64,000 nucleotides of DNA from an uncultured Rhodospirillaceae bacterium (GCA_964453225.1 CAYVNS010000004.1:63640-127639), one strand, 5' to 3'. Positions 39,879 through 49,838 are shown, numbered from the stretch's first letter. A program made the numbers and translations. Notes: generated by a model not told the origin, from the sequence alone.

Positions 39879-40664
39879 CTAGGCGCCGGTGAATTTGGGC
39901 TCCCGCTTGGATATATAAGCCTTCATCGCTTCCTTGAAATCAAAGGTTTTCGACCCGATGGTCGTCCATGTGGTTGCTTCCTGCGACAAATGGCTGGACA
40001 AATCTTGCTCGAAAGCCCGGCCTATTAATCTCTTTGTTGCGCCGAGAATGCGCGTCGCGCCGGTGGCGAGTTTTTCCGCGAAAGCCATCCCTTCGTCATG
40101 CAAAGCGCCGGCTTCGACAATTTTATTCACAAGCCCCCATTTTTCCGCAAGCTCCGCCGGCATATCCTCGTTGAGCATCAGAATTTCATTCGCTTTGGCC
40201 GCGCCGACCTTGCGCGGAAGAAAGAAAGTCGCGCCGCCGTCGGGAATCATGCCGTAAGAGGTGAACCCGGGATTGAAAACCGTTCCTTTTGCGGCGACGA
40301 TAAAATCGCTGGCGAGAGCAAGGCTATACCCCGATCCCGAAACGAATCCTTCCGCCAGGGAAATCACGGGGCGCTCCATAAGCTGCAACTCGCGAACGAC
40401 CGCATAAAAGAATTGCACGCGCATGAAGATTTGTTCCTGAACGGCGTTGGCGTCGCCCGTAAAGCCGTTCATATCCTGGCCCTGCATGAAAACGCCGCCA
40501 GCGCCTTTCATCACAAGGGCGCGCAAGCTTCGGTCTTCGCTTATGTCCTTCAGTTTCTCGCTGAACGTTTTCGCCATCGAGGTCGTCAGCGCATTTCCTT
40601 TTTCGGGACAATTAAATGTCACGATAAAAACGCCGTTCTTCGCTTCAAACGATATGTCCGCCAT
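39879..40664 (-). CDS. Enoyl-CoA hydratase/isomerase (crotonase) family protein
   Basis: MADISFEAKNGVFIVTFNCPEKGNAL...GAGGVFMQGQDM...GFVSGSGYSLALASD is the crotonase-fold pattern. Confidence 0.85.
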   Translation of the reverse strand: MADISFEAKNGVFIVTFNCPEKGNALTTSMAKTFSEKLKDISEDRSLRALVMKGAGGVFMQGQDMNGFTGDANAVQEQIFMRVQFFYAVVRELQLMERPVISLAEGFVSGSGYSLALASDFIVAAKGTVFNPGFTSYGMIPDGGATFFLPRKVGAAKANEILMLNEDMPAELAEKWGLVNKIVEAGALHDEGMAFAEKLATGATRILGATKRLIGRAFEQDLSSHLSQEATTWTTIGSKTFDFKEAMKAYISKREPKFTGA

Positions 40665-40761
40665 AGCTGTGCTCCTCAAAAAACGATACGCGGCATCATA
40701 GGGAAGACAAAGAAAATTGCAAAGCCCTTCCCTTTCCGGCGCGAGAGGCTAGAATCGAGGA

Positions 40762-40947
40762 ATGCCTTCCAAAGACATCCTGATAGAAATCAAGCGCATT
40801 GGCGGAATCTTGCGCGTCGCCGCCATCGATACGGCCAGCGGGACGGAGGTCGTTTTTCAAGCGCCCGGGTCGATGAAAGAAATCTCTCTAAAAAGACTGG
40901 CCGCCGCCAAGCTCGCCTATGTATTGAAGAAAAAATGCCACGAATAA
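40762..40947 (+). CDS. Small conserved hypothetical protein (61 aa)
   Basis: The pattern EIKRIGGILRVAAIDTASGTEVVFQAPG...LAAAKLAYVLKK resembles a small protein I recall as widespread in Alphaproteobacteria. This was not verified. Confidence 0.4.
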   Translation: MPSKDILIEIKRIGGILRVAAIDTASGTEVVFQAPGSMKEISLKRLAAAKLAYVLKKKCHE

Positions 40948-40972
40948 ATGTGTTTCGTGTCTAAAATGCGGT

Positions 40973-41130
40973 CTCAATTAAACAAGCCTGTGGCGAAAAC
41001 GGCGGGTTTAGTAAATAAGTCCGCCGAAGCTTTAGCGTAGGCGGAGAACAGGAGCGCAGCGTACGTTAAAGTACGTGAGCACCGGAAGCGCAGAAAAACG
41101 CTGTTTGCAGCCCAAGATCGTTTAATTGAG
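40973..41130. repeat. 158-bp second copy of the long-palindrome MITE-like element
   Basis: The termini ctcaattaaacaagcctgtggcgaaaacg and cgctgtttgcagcccaagatcgtttaattgag are inverted. It shares the core gagcgcagcgtac-N6-gtacgtgagca with the copy at 39754. Confidence 0.75.
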
Positions 41131-41142
41131 GACGTCCTCAGC

Positions 41143-41943
41143 TCACTGCACCGGAAACGCGACCCTTGTCCCGGTCGGCAAGGAAGGCGGAGTCGTATCG
41201 CCCATGGCAAGGCACCTTCTCTGGTGCGAGATGCGCCCCTTCAGATCCTCCACATCCCGGATGACATTCATCGCGTTGTACTCCCGCTGAAGCAAGGCTT
41301 GGCGAAATCTTTCCAGCCGTTTGTCGAGCTCTCTAAGCTTCGTGCTGGCCGACGGCTTTTTGTAGTCGATATGATAAAAGTCATCGGCGATCCTGTTCAG
41401 TTGCCGGTAATCGGCTTCGCGAGCGCTGAGCGGCCCCGGTTGAGCGGCAACGACCGGCGCGGGCGCGGCCTGAGTGATGACAATCGGCGTCGCCGTCTGC
41501 GTAACGAGTTTCTGCCAACCAACCTGGCAGTATGGAACATAGGGATAGTAGCCCGCGGGATTCGAACAGTAGTAATAAACGGGCGCATCCGTAACGACGG
41601 CAAAGCCCGCCGGCGTGAAGGGATCGGGATACGGATGAACGGGGGATGAATAGAAGTACCAATTATCGCCGACGACCCACCACCATCCTGTGCGCCCCCT
41701 GTAATGACCGTGATTCCATTGGCCCGAACGCCACCGATGAAAATCGCGGTCGCGAAACTGATGAATATCCCCGTGCCATGAATGAACTGCGCTTGGGGCT
41801 GGGGCGGCCTTTGGGGGCCGTGCGGCCTGCGCATGCCGGGCCGGACGACCGTTTTTTCGATGCCCCTCCTCCCGCGCCAGCGCGGGCGACGCCCAAGCAA
41901 AAACGAAAAGACTTCCTAAAACAAGCATCGACTGTTTACGCAT
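41143..41943 (-). CDS. Secreted hypothetical protein, Trp/Tyr/Pro-rich
   Basis: Signal peptide MRKQSMLVLGSLFVFAWASPALA. The motifs GWWWVVGDNWYFYSSPVHPYPDP and YYYCSNPAGYYPYVPYC recur in proteobacterial periplasmic proteins as I recall. Confidence 0.55.
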   Translation of the reverse strand: MRKQSMLVLGSLFVFAWASPALAREEGHRKNGRPARHAQAARPPKAAPAPSAVHSWHGDIHQFRDRDFHRWRSGQWNHGHYRGRTGWWWVVGDNWYFYSSPVHPYPDPFTPAGFAVVTDAPVYYYCSNPAGYYPYVPYCQVGWQKLVTQTATPIVITQAAPAPVVAAQPGPLSAREADYRQLNRIADDFYHIDYKKPSASTKLRELDKRLERFRQALLQREYNAMNVIRDVEDLKGRISHQRRCLAMGDTTPPSLPTGTRVAFPVQ

Positions 41944-42234
41944 AAAGACACTCCGTGGTTGAAAGCCTTGGAAAGCTATAGCACATTTTAGATGCCTTTC
42001 TATTTCACTAATTCGTCGAGTATGGCAAAAAAGCGAATTTTCTTCATTGCCTGAACAAGCGAATTAGCCTAGTTTCCCCCCGCTCGGCTGAAAGAGTAAG
42101 TTTTTTGTGGAAAGTTAAGGGGTTAAGGCGCGGCTTTCATTCAGTGAATCATTTGCTGTCAAAAGCGCGCTTAATCCATTAAGTAAACGTAAAAGAGTTG
42201 CCTTAGAGCGGGAATGAAAGTCGCCGAAGACTAT

Positions 42235-42320
42235 GCGGGCGTGGCGGAACTGGTAGACGCGCTGGATTTAGGTTCCAGTGACCAAAAGTCGTAGGGGTTC
42301 AAGTCCCTTCGCCCGCACCA
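42235..42320 (+). tRNA. tRNA-Leu (anticodon TAG)
   Basis: Acceptor GCGGGCG/CGCCCGC, anticodon stem CTGGA/TCCAG with loop TTTAGGT, a long variable arm, T-arm AGGGG-TTCAAGT-CCCTT, and encoded CCA. Confidence 0.9.
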
Positions 42321-42410
42321 AGCCTTCGTCGAAACGAAGCCGGGCCGGTAAAGAAATAGGTTAGGTAAAGCGTAACAATTACGTATGCAACGAGTGGGGA
42401 AACACACATC

Positions 42411-43739
42411 ATGGCTAAGGTTAAGGTACTGAAGGAAAAGGGCTTGCTGCAAGAATTCGCGGTCGTTGTGCCGAAGGCGGCGCTGGGCGAGCAGATACAA
42501 AAGCGCTTGGCGGACATAGCCAAGACCGCCAAGATGCACGGGTTCCGTCCGGGCAAAGTGCCTATGAAAGTCGTGGAACAAATGCATGGGCAGGAAGCGC
42601 GCGCCGATGCCATCGAAAAGGCCGTATCGACCGCCGTCAGCGAGGTTCTTGCCGAGCGCAAGCTGCGCCCGGCCCTTCAGCCCAAAATCGAATTGACGAC
42701 GACCGCCGAGGACAAGGATCTCGAATTCAAAATGGAAGTCGAGGTTTTGCCGCAGGTGGAAGTGAAGGACTTCGGCGCGATCGCTTTGGAGCGCCCCGTC
42801 GCCGACGTCGAGGAAGCCAAAATCGATCAAACGATCTCCTCTTTTGCGAAAAGGCTTAAAAAACCCGAGGCCGTGACCGAAAGCCGCGGCGCGAAAATGG
42901 GCGACATTGCCGTTATCGACTTCGACGGCAAAGTCGACGGCAAGGCGCTTCCGGGCATGAAAGGTGAAAATCACCCGCTTGAACTGGGCTCCCATTCCTT
43001 TGTCGACACCTTCGAGGATCAACTGGTCGGCAGCAAGCCCGGCGACAAGAAGGCCATCGAAGTGACGTTCCCTCAGCAGTATCACGCGGCGGAACTCGCG
43101 GGCAAAAAAGCCGTTTTCGATGTCGAGGTGAAAGAGCTTCGCCAGCACCAACCAATCGAATTGAACGATGCGCTGGCCAAGGAAATGGGCTTTCCGGGCA
43201 TCGATAAGCTGCGCGAGCGCGTGCGCGACGATATTGGCGCGGATTACACGCGCATCGGCCGCTCGGTCATCAAGCGCGAGCTGATGGACAAACTGGACAA
43301 GGAATACGACTTCGACGTTCCCCCCGGCCTTGTGGACGCCGAGTTCGGCGGAATCTGGAAGCAGGTCGAGGAAGCGAAAGCCAAAGGCTCGCTTCCCGAC
43401 GACGACAAAAAGAAAAGCGACAAGGCTCTGCGCGAGGAATACCGCACCATCGCCATCCGCCGCATTCGCCTTGGCCTTTTGCTTGCGGAAGTGGCGCAGC
43501 AGAACAAGGTCGAAGTGACGAACGACGAGTTGCGCAACGCCCTTATGGCGGAAGCGCGCCGTTTTCCGGGACAGGAAAAGGCGGTGTTCGATTACTACAC
43601 CAAGACGCAAGGCGCGCTCGAACGCCTGCGCGCGCCTCTTCTCGAAGAAAAAGTGGTCGATTTCGTCCTCGGCAAGGTGAAAGTCACGGATAAAAAAATG
43701 CCCGCCGAAGAACTGTTAAAACTGCCCGAAGAGGAATAA
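42411..43739 (+). CDS. tig: Trigger factor
   Basis: MAKVKVLKEKGLLQEF..., GFRPGKVP and the FKBP-type middle domain, in a 442-aa protein. Confidence 0.95.
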   Translation: MAKVKVLKEKGLLQEFAVVVPKAALGEQIQKRLADIAKTAKMHGFRPGKVPMKVVEQMHGQEARADAIEKAVSTAVSEVLAERKLRPALQPKIELTTTAEDKDLEFKMEVEVLPQVEVKDFGAIALERPVADVEEAKIDQTISSFAKRLKKPEAVTESRGAKMGDIAVIDFDGKVDGKALPGMKGENHPLELGSHSFVDTFEDQLVGSKPGDKKAIEVTFPQQYHAAELAGKKAVFDVEVKELRQHQPIELNDALAKEMGFPGIDKLRERVRDDIGADYTRIGRSVIKRELMDKLDKEYDFDVPPGLVDAEFGGIWKQVEEAKAKGSLPDDDKKKSDKALREEYRTIAIRRIRLGLLLAEVAQQNKVEVTNDELRNALMAEARRFPGQEKAVFDYYTKTQGALERLRAPLLEEKVVDFVLGKVKVTDKKMPAEELLKLPEEE

Positions 43740-43766
43740 TACCAACGGGCAATGAAATGATAGGCC

Positions 43767-43819
43767 TAGAGCCTTTTCCGAATTCATGGAATCAATTCTG
43801 CGGATCGGAAAAGGCTCTA
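43767..43819 (+). terminator. 15-bp perfect inverted repeat downstream of tig (possible terminator)
   Basis: tagagccttttccga ... tcggaaaaggctcta with a 23-nt loop. There is no clear T-run. Confidence 0.3.
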
Positions 43820-44001
43820 TCTATCTGTAAGACCGGCGCTTCACCGTCCAGCGACAAGCGAGGCTTAACCAAGCCTCAGGCGCCTTTTTAGGCCTTTCCC
43901 CGCCCTGCGCCGGCATATCCAGCAAAACTTGCCGAACGGATTGTTTCCCAAAAGGCAATAATTGCCAAAAGCGCTCGTCATCCGAGTAATTATAAAGGAA
44001 C

Positions 44002-44030
44002 CGTCATCCCTGCTCATGCCGGGATCCATC
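44002..44030. repeat. Degenerate single GC-hairpin repeat unit
   Basis: cgtcatccctgctcatgccgggatccatc. Confidence 0.55.
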
Positions 44031-44097
44031 TTTTTTTCCAATAAGATCACTATCGTTTGATCGGTTCGGCCGTGCCGGAATCAATTCGTCATCCCCT

Positions 44098-44112
44098 TGG
44101 CACATCCCTTGC
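44098..44112 (+). promoter_or_regulatory. Sigma54 (RpoN) -24/-12 promoter upstream of flgE
   Basis: TGGCAC-atccc-TTGC is an exact match to the TGGCAC-N5-TTGC consensus. It lies 65 nt upstream of the flgE ATG. Confidence 0.6.
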
Positions 44113-44176
44113 TTAGATACCCGTGAATTAAATTTTTCCGTTCCTTTTTTCGGAAACGACTCGCGGGGTATAAAAA

Positions 44177-45562
44177 ATGTCATCACTTTTCGCAGCTTTA
44201 GGCGTTGCCGTGTCGGGTCTTGGCGCGCAATCGGCGTCCATCGGCAACATTTCCGACAATCTGGCCAACGCCGAAACGACCGGCTACAAAAGCATCTCCA
44301 CCAGCTTTCAAACGCTCGTCACATCGTCCAATGCCGAAAGCAACAGCCCCGGCGGCGTCAAGGCGAAGCCCTGTTACCAAAACGACGTTCAGGGCAATAT
44401 CGAGACCACAGCCACGACCACAAACATCGCCATTTCCGGCCAAGGCTTCTTCCAGGTCACAAGCGCAACGCAGGACACGGCGGGCGACACGGTTTTTACG
44501 GGAAACAAATATTACACGCGCAACGGCGACTTCACGCTGAACAAAGACGGCTATATGGTCAACAGCGCGGGCTATTATCTGGAAGGCTACCCCATCACGA
44601 ACGACGCGGTCGACAGCTCGGAAGCCGTCCCGATGCAAATTTCCTCCCAGCTCGACAAGCCGCAAGCGTCGACCACCATATCCTATATCGCCAATCTTCC
44701 GGCAGGCGTCACGGGCTACACCTCCACGGCGTCGACGGTCGACATCTACGACGCGGTCGGCAAAACGCATACGGCAAGCATTGTTTGGGAGAAGACCTCC
44801 ACCGTCAACGTCTGGCGCGGCACGGTTACGGTCGCGGAAGCAGGCGGCAGCACGGACGCGATCTACGAGGCTGTTTTCGATGTCACGTTTAACGGCACGT
44901 CGAACATCGGAACGATCGACAGCATCGCGGGCGTCAGTTCGCGATACGTCAATGCGTCGACCGGGGTCATAACGAGCCTTGGCGCGCCGGTTATTCCGAG
45001 CGGAACCACGGCGGCCGTGACCTTGGGCCGATCCGTCGATCCGGCTCACACGGGGAACCTGCTTGATTTCAGCGCCACGGGCGGCGGCGCGCAGTCCATT
45101 AGCCTGGATTTCGGCACCTACGATACGGCCGACGGCCTCACTCAATACGCCAACACGTCGTCGACGGTTTCCGTGTCGTCCATTTCGCAAGACGGTTTCG
45201 CGACCGGTTCGTTCAGCAGCATAAGCATCGATAACGGCGGCATCGTCGCGATCAACTATACGAACGGCAGCACAAAGCGCATTTACCAGGTTCCGCTCGC
45301 CTCGTTCAACTCGCCCAACAACTTGCAGCGCAACACGGGCGGCGTCTATTCATCCACGCTGGGCTCGGGAAGCGCCAATTTGCACACGGCGGGAACGTAC
45401 GGCGTCGGCACGATGACCAGCAGCTCTCTCGAAGCGTCGGACGTCGATATCGCCAATGAATTTACGACGATGATCGTCGCGCAGCAGATCTATTCGGCGA
45501 ACGCCAAAGTCGTGACGAGCGTCAACAGCATGCTGAATACGATTATTCAGGCGGTTCAATAA
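44177..45562 (+). CDS. flgE: Flagellar hook protein FlgE
   Basis: The N-terminus SGLGAQSASIGNISDNLANAETTGYK and C-terminus DIANEFTTMIVAQQIYSANAKV are conserved rod/hook termini. Confidence 0.9.
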   Translation: MSSLFAALGVAVSGLGAQSASIGNISDNLANAETTGYKSISTSFQTLVTSSNAESNSPGGVKAKPCYQNDVQGNIETTATTTNIAISGQGFFQVTSATQDTAGDTVFTGNKYYTRNGDFTLNKDGYMVNSAGYYLEGYPITNDAVDSSEAVPMQISSQLDKPQASTTISYIANLPAGVTGYTSTASTVDIYDAVGKTHTASIVWEKTSTVNVWRGTVTVAEAGGSTDAIYEAVFDVTFNGTSNIGTIDSIAGVSSRYVNASTGVITSLGAPVIPSGTTAAVTLGRSVDPAHTGNLLDFSATGGGAQSISLDFGTYDTADGLTQYANTSSTVSVSSISQDGFATGSFSSISIDNGGIVAINYTNGSTKRIYQVPLASFNSPNNLQRNTGGVYSSTLGSGSANLHTAGTYGVGTMTSSSLEASDVDIANEFTTMIVAQQIYSANAKVVTSVNSMLNTIIQAVQ

Positions 45563-45619
45563 TCATCGGCTGCCTGCCGGGGATGATCTCCGGCGCGGCG
45601 GCAGATTTGGGAGCAGTTC

Positions 45620-47077
45620 ATGTCGCTATCCACGGCTCTTAATGTGGCTCTGTCGGGCCTTCAAACCAGCACGGCCGTGGCTCAGGTGGTGGCGGGCAAT
45701 ATTGCGAATGCGCAAACGGAAGGCTTTACGGCGAAAAGCGTCAGCCTTTCCCAAGTGTCGGCGGGCGCGAACACGGGCGGCGTCGAAATTGCGAACTACA
45801 TACGCGCGACGAACGACGTTCTAACGGCGACCGCCAACACGGCCACGACGACCGCCGCCTATTATGAAACCCAGAACAGCTATATGACGCAGATCCAGGC
45901 GACGCTCGACTCGACTGGAAATCCGCCGGCCCTTTCCGAAAAGCTCAGCGCTTTTCAGGCGGCATGGACGGAGTTCGACGCGAATCCCAGCAGCCCGACG
46001 CAGGCGCAAATGATCGTGAGCGCGGGCGTGAGCCTTGCCAACCTCGTTCGAACCGTTGCGCTGCAAACGGCGACGATGGAAACGAACGTGAAGGCGGATC
46101 TGGCCACCGCCGTTTCGGAATTGAATACCGCGCTTGGCAAAATCGTGACGCTTAACCAGGAAATCGCCATCGCGCGCGCCAACAAACAGCCGATTGTGAA
46201 TTTGCAGGACGAACGCGACGCCGCCGTGAGCGTCGTCGCAAAGTATACGAACGCCACGGTTATGGAGCGGGATAACGAACAAATCGCTCTTTATACCAGA
46301 AACGGCACATGCCTTTTGGACGCGCAGGCGCAAACCTTTAGCGTCGACACCGACGGAGTCACGATCCTCAGCACATCGGGGCAGGACGTAACGTCAAGCC
46401 TCTCCGACGGCAAGCTGCAAGCGCAGACGGACTTTCTGGCCGAAACGGCGACGTCCGCAAACGGGGTCGGCGTCATCACAAAGCTGAAATCCCAGTTGCA
46501 GAATTTCGCCAACCTGTTTCTGGCGACGACGCCGGGCGGCGGAAGCTTCGCCGACGCCTATAACAGCGCCACGACCGACACGGGCGAGCAAGCGAACAAC
46601 TTTTTCACGGCGACCATCACCGCATCGACGGGCATGCCGCAGCTCGATACCTTTCAGGTCAACGCAAACCTCGTCAACGGAACCGCAACGGTAAAAAAAG
46701 CCTCCGCAGAGCCGATCAGCAACGCGTTCGCCGCCACGAACGCCGCCATCCGGGTTGTCAGCGTCTCGCCGCCGGTTTACGCGACCACCAGCACCTTCAC
46801 CGCGTCCGGCATAACGCTGCAAAACCTAACCTTTTCGGGCATCGCCACGGGAATCCTGTCGGGATTCCAGCAAGCCGCAAATACGATCAAGGATCAAACC
46901 AATACCGCCACGACGCAAAGGGATTACTACAAAAATTCCCTGTCCAACGAAACGGGCGTCAACACGGACGAAGAGCTGATCAACCTGTCGAATTGGGAGA
47001 ACAGCTATGCGGCATCGGCGCATGTCATTTCCACGATCCAGCAGATGATGGATGTCCTGCAACAAATGGTGAGCTGA
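45620..47077 (+). CDS. flgK: Flagellar hook-associated protein 1 FlgK
   Basis: MSLSTALNVALSGLQTS...GNIANAQTEGF and the C-terminus EELINLSNWENSYAASA. Its position between flgE and flgL agrees. Confidence 0.85.
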   Translation: MSLSTALNVALSGLQTSTAVAQVVAGNIANAQTEGFTAKSVSLSQVSAGANTGGVEIANYIRATNDVLTATANTATTTAAYYETQNSYMTQIQATLDSTGNPPALSEKLSAFQAAWTEFDANPSSPTQAQMIVSAGVSLANLVRTVALQTATMETNVKADLATAVSELNTALGKIVTLNQEIAIARANKQPIVNLQDERDAAVSVVAKYTNATVMERDNEQIALYTRNGTCLLDAQAQTFSVDTDGVTILSTSGQDVTSSLSDGKLQAQTDFLAETATSANGVGVITKLKSQLQNFANLFLATTPGGGSFADAYNSATTDTGEQANNFFTATITASTGMPQLDTFQVNANLVNGTATVKKASAEPISNAFAATNAAIRVVSVSPPVYATTSTFTASGITLQNLTFSGIATGILSGFQQAANTIKDQTNTATTQRDYYKNSLSNETGVNTDEELINLSNWENSYAASAHVISTIQQMMDVLQQMVS

Positions 47078-47078
47078 C

Positions 47079-48278
47079 ATGAAAGTTTCCATTAGCAATA
47101 TCGGCCGCACCGCCAGCATGGTCTCCGCGCTTCAGGCCGAGCAGTCGACCCTGACCAAGCTGTCGGAGCAGCTTGCCTCGCAGAAAAGAAATACTGATCT
47201 GACCGATTACACGGCCAGCGAAGCCATGAGCCTTGTGAATTTACAGGCTTCCGCGACGCAGAAGGAAGCGTACCTGAACATCATCTCCTCGGTAAGCAAC
47301 AATCTGTCGATTTACGATACGACGTTGACGGATCTTGAAAACATCGCCACGCAGGCGCAAAGCCTCGCCAACGGCAATCCCAACTACTCGGCCGACATCG
47401 CCCTGAACGTCAGCGTTCAGGCGACGAATTATTTAAAGTCCGTGTCCGTCGATCTGAACCAGAACATCAACAACCGGTACCTTTTCTCCGGCGCCCGCTA
47501 TACGACGCAGCCCGTGCAGGATTTATCGCAACTGCCCGCCGCCACGCTGTCGTCAACCCTTGTCACGGCCCCGACCGTGCCGGTCTACGATGTGGCTGCA
47601 TCGCTCTACTTCTCCGTCGCGGGGCAAGCGATCACCATGAACGGAGCGGTGGGCACAGGCCAAACGGCTTCGATGACCGTCAACGGCGCGACGTATACGC
47701 ACGCCGTGTTGCCTGCGGATACACCGGCGACGATTATGGCGGACTTCAGCGCGCAACTCACGGCGGCGGGAGTCGCCCATACGCTGGCAGGCCCCACCAT
47801 CACGGTAGGCGCCGGCAGCACGATCAACGCCTGGGGCGTGCCGACAACGAACGCCGCCTCTTATGTGGAAGATCACGCCAAGGTGGATACCGGCTACACC
47901 GTCGACTACGGCATTACGAGCAACGAGTCGTCCTTTCAGGAACTGATCGCAGGATTGCGCTATCTTCAAGCGGCAGGAAATGCGACCGACGCCGCGACCT
48001 ATCAGGCCAATATGAGTCAAGCGGCCTCGCTGTTAACCTCCGCCCTCAGCCATATGCAAACCCTGCACACCACGATTGCGAACAATATCAGCATCATGGA
48101 CACGCAAAAAAAGGCGCAGGCGAACTCGCTCAATAGCCTTGCCGATCAGGTCTACGACATCCAGCAAGTCGACATTACGCAGGTCAGCGCGGAAATCACG
48201 GCTCTGGAAGCGCTCCTGCAAGCCTCCTATTCCGCGACCGGCGGAATCCTGAAGTTGTCTATCATAAGTTATCTCTAG
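47079..48278 (+). CDS. flgL: Flagellar hook-associated protein 3 FlgL (flagellin-like)
   Basis: The start overlaps the flgK stop. It has flagellin-like N- and C-terminal heptad regions (LQAEQSTLTKLSEQLAS..., ITALEALLQASYSA). Confidence 0.7.
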   Translation: MKVSISNIGRTASMVSALQAEQSTLTKLSEQLASQKRNTDLTDYTASEAMSLVNLQASATQKEAYLNIISSVSNNLSIYDTTLTDLENIATQAQSLANGNPNYSADIALNVSVQATNYLKSVSVDLNQNINNRYLFSGARYTTQPVQDLSQLPAATLSSTLVTAPTVPVYDVAASLYFSVAGQAITMNGAVGTGQTASMTVNGATYTHAVLPADTPATIMADFSAQLTAAGVAHTLAGPTITVGAGSTINAWGVPTTNAASYVEDHAKVDTGYTVDYGITSNESSFQELIAGLRYLQAAGNATDAATYQANMSQAASLLTSALSHMQTLHTTIANNISIMDTQKKAQANSLNSLADQVYDIQQVDITQVSAEITALEALLQASYSATGGILKLSIISYL

Positions 48279-48302
48279 CCGAACATTTACAAGGAGTCTA
48301 AA

Positions 48303-49838
48303 ATGAACCACATCTGCCTCACGAATCCCCTGCGGAGTATCGATATGAAAGCCCTTTCTTCCTTCAGCCCCATCTCCTTGCGCTATATCGCGGCGCTGCG
48401 CGGCAACAAGCCGCAGAAAACGGGCCGCGAATTCACATACGCCGATATCCGCTGCGGGAATCCCGACTTGCTGACCTGCCTTGCGGCCAGCAACCCCGAA
48501 GGCCGTTTTTACGGCATGGTCGACACCGACACGGCGCGCAGCCGCGCGGAAGAGCAAGCCGCGCAACGCGGGACTTTTAACGTCATTTTCCTGACGGGAA
48601 CGCCTTCCGACGTTTTGGCGCGCATCGCCGAGGGTTCCGCCCTGCCCCCGATGCTTGATTACCTTGTGTGCGATGAAACCGCGGCGCCTCTTTCGGACGC
48701 CGACCGCAAAGCCCTTTATGACCTGGCTGAAACGCGCCTGAACCCGTCGGGGCTGTTCGTCACGCGCTACCGCGCCTATGACCGCGACGACGGCGCTTTG
48801 CGCTTCCTCGTTCAGGAATTGGCGCCGGAAATGAACGACTCCCAAAAACTGGAATTCCTGAAGGAGATCAAACAACTCGGCTCTTCCTTCCTGTCGAAGC
48901 ATCCCGATCTTTCCGGCAAGCTCGATGCCGCCATTGTCAAAAACGCGCCGCAGGAATTCTTTTCCCTGTTTGACGGCGCGCCGGCAGAATCGGGAACCTT
49001 TGACACCCTCGTCAAGGCGTCCTCAAAGGGCCTTGGCTATGCGGGCGACGCCTCGCTGGAATCGAACTTTGTTGAGCTTTCCATTCCGCAGCAGGCGCAG
49101 GACCTGATCGTGTCCTGCCGCACAAGCCCGTTTTACGAGGCGATCAAGGATTTCGCCCTCAACCGCACGGTGCGTTCCGATATCTGGATTCACCAGCCCT
49201 TCGACCTGTCCTCGAACCCGGCGGAGCTTTTTGGCGGTTTTGCGTACGGAACCGTCCTGTCGCGCGAAGATATTCCTTCCGTTTACATGACGAACGGCAA
49301 GACCATCGACTTGTCGGGGCCCACGTATGAAAAGGTCATCGACGTCATGACGGTCTTGCCGGTGGGCGTGGGCGATATCCTGGCCCATCCCGACAGTTGC
49401 GACGAGAGTCCCGAAAAAATCCTCGAAGCCTTGCAAATCCTCGTCGCGTGCGGCTTTGCGATGCCCATGCGCGGCATGATCGACGCCATCAACAGCGAAA
49501 GCATCGCGCAACCGCGCCTCGTCGGCAGTTTCAACCGCTTTCTCGACAAATCCGATCTTGCCGAGGACGAAGTTCTGTTCGCGTCGCAAGTCGCCGGTTT
49601 CGGCGTCATGCTTCCGGCGCGCGAGGCTTTCGTGATGCAGGCGCTTAATCGCGCCGGCTTGGCCAACTCCGTATCGGCCCTGATGCCGGAACTGCGCCGC
49701 ATCGCCAATACGCCCGCGTCGATGACCGTCATTAACGCCGATGAACCGACGGACGAGATCGCCTACACCATGGTTCTCGATGTCGTCGGCAAATCGCTGC
49801 CCAAGTGGTACGCCTATGCCCTGTTGGAGGCCGCCTGA
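48303..49838 (+). CDS. Hypothetical protein resembling the class-I-methyltransferase plus 'methyltransferase regulatory domain' family, with a degenerate SAM motif I
   Basis: REFTYADIRCGNPDLLTCLAASNPEGRFYGMVDTD occupies the place of the usual LELGCGxGxN...P...GiD pattern. The family assignment is from memory. Confidence 0.4.
   Translation: MNHICLTNPLRSIDMKALSSFSPISLRYIAALRGNKPQKTGREFTYADIRCGNPDLLTCLAASNPEGRFYGMVDTDTARSRAEEQAAQRGTFNVIFLTGTPSDVLARIAEGSALPPMLDYLVCDETAAPLSDADRKALYDLAETRLNPSGLFVTRYRAYDRDDGALRFLVQELAPEMNDSQKLEFLKEIKQLGSSFLSKHPDLSGKLDAAIVKNAPQEFFSLFDGAPAESGTFDTLVKASSKGLGYAGDASLESNFVELSIPQQAQDLIVSCRTSPFYEAIKDFALNRTVRSDIWIHQPFDLSSNPAELFGGFAYGTVLSREDIPSVYMTNGKTIDLSGPTYEKVIDVMTVLPVGVGDILAHPDSCDESPEKILEALQILVACGFAMPMRGMIDAINSESIAQPRLVGSFNRFLDKSDLAEDEVLFASQVAGFGVMLPAREAFVMQALNRAGLANSVSALMPELRRIANTPASMTVINADEPTDEIAYTMVLDVVGKSLPKWYAYALLEAA

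Noticed and set aside
42231-43610. 459-aa ORF on the minus strand overlapping tRNA-Leu and the tig gene
   Set aside because: It is antisense to a clearly recognisable trigger factor gene. The translation is Arg/Leu/Phe-rich and low in information, as is typical of antisense frames in GC-rich DNA. It would also run through a tRNA.
44198-45190. 330-aa minus-strand ORF within flgE, and similar ORFs within flgK and flgL (45821..46333, 47553..48020, 48033..48902)
   Set aside because: They are antisense to well-supported flagellar genes and have Arg/Gly/Asp-rich artefactual composition.
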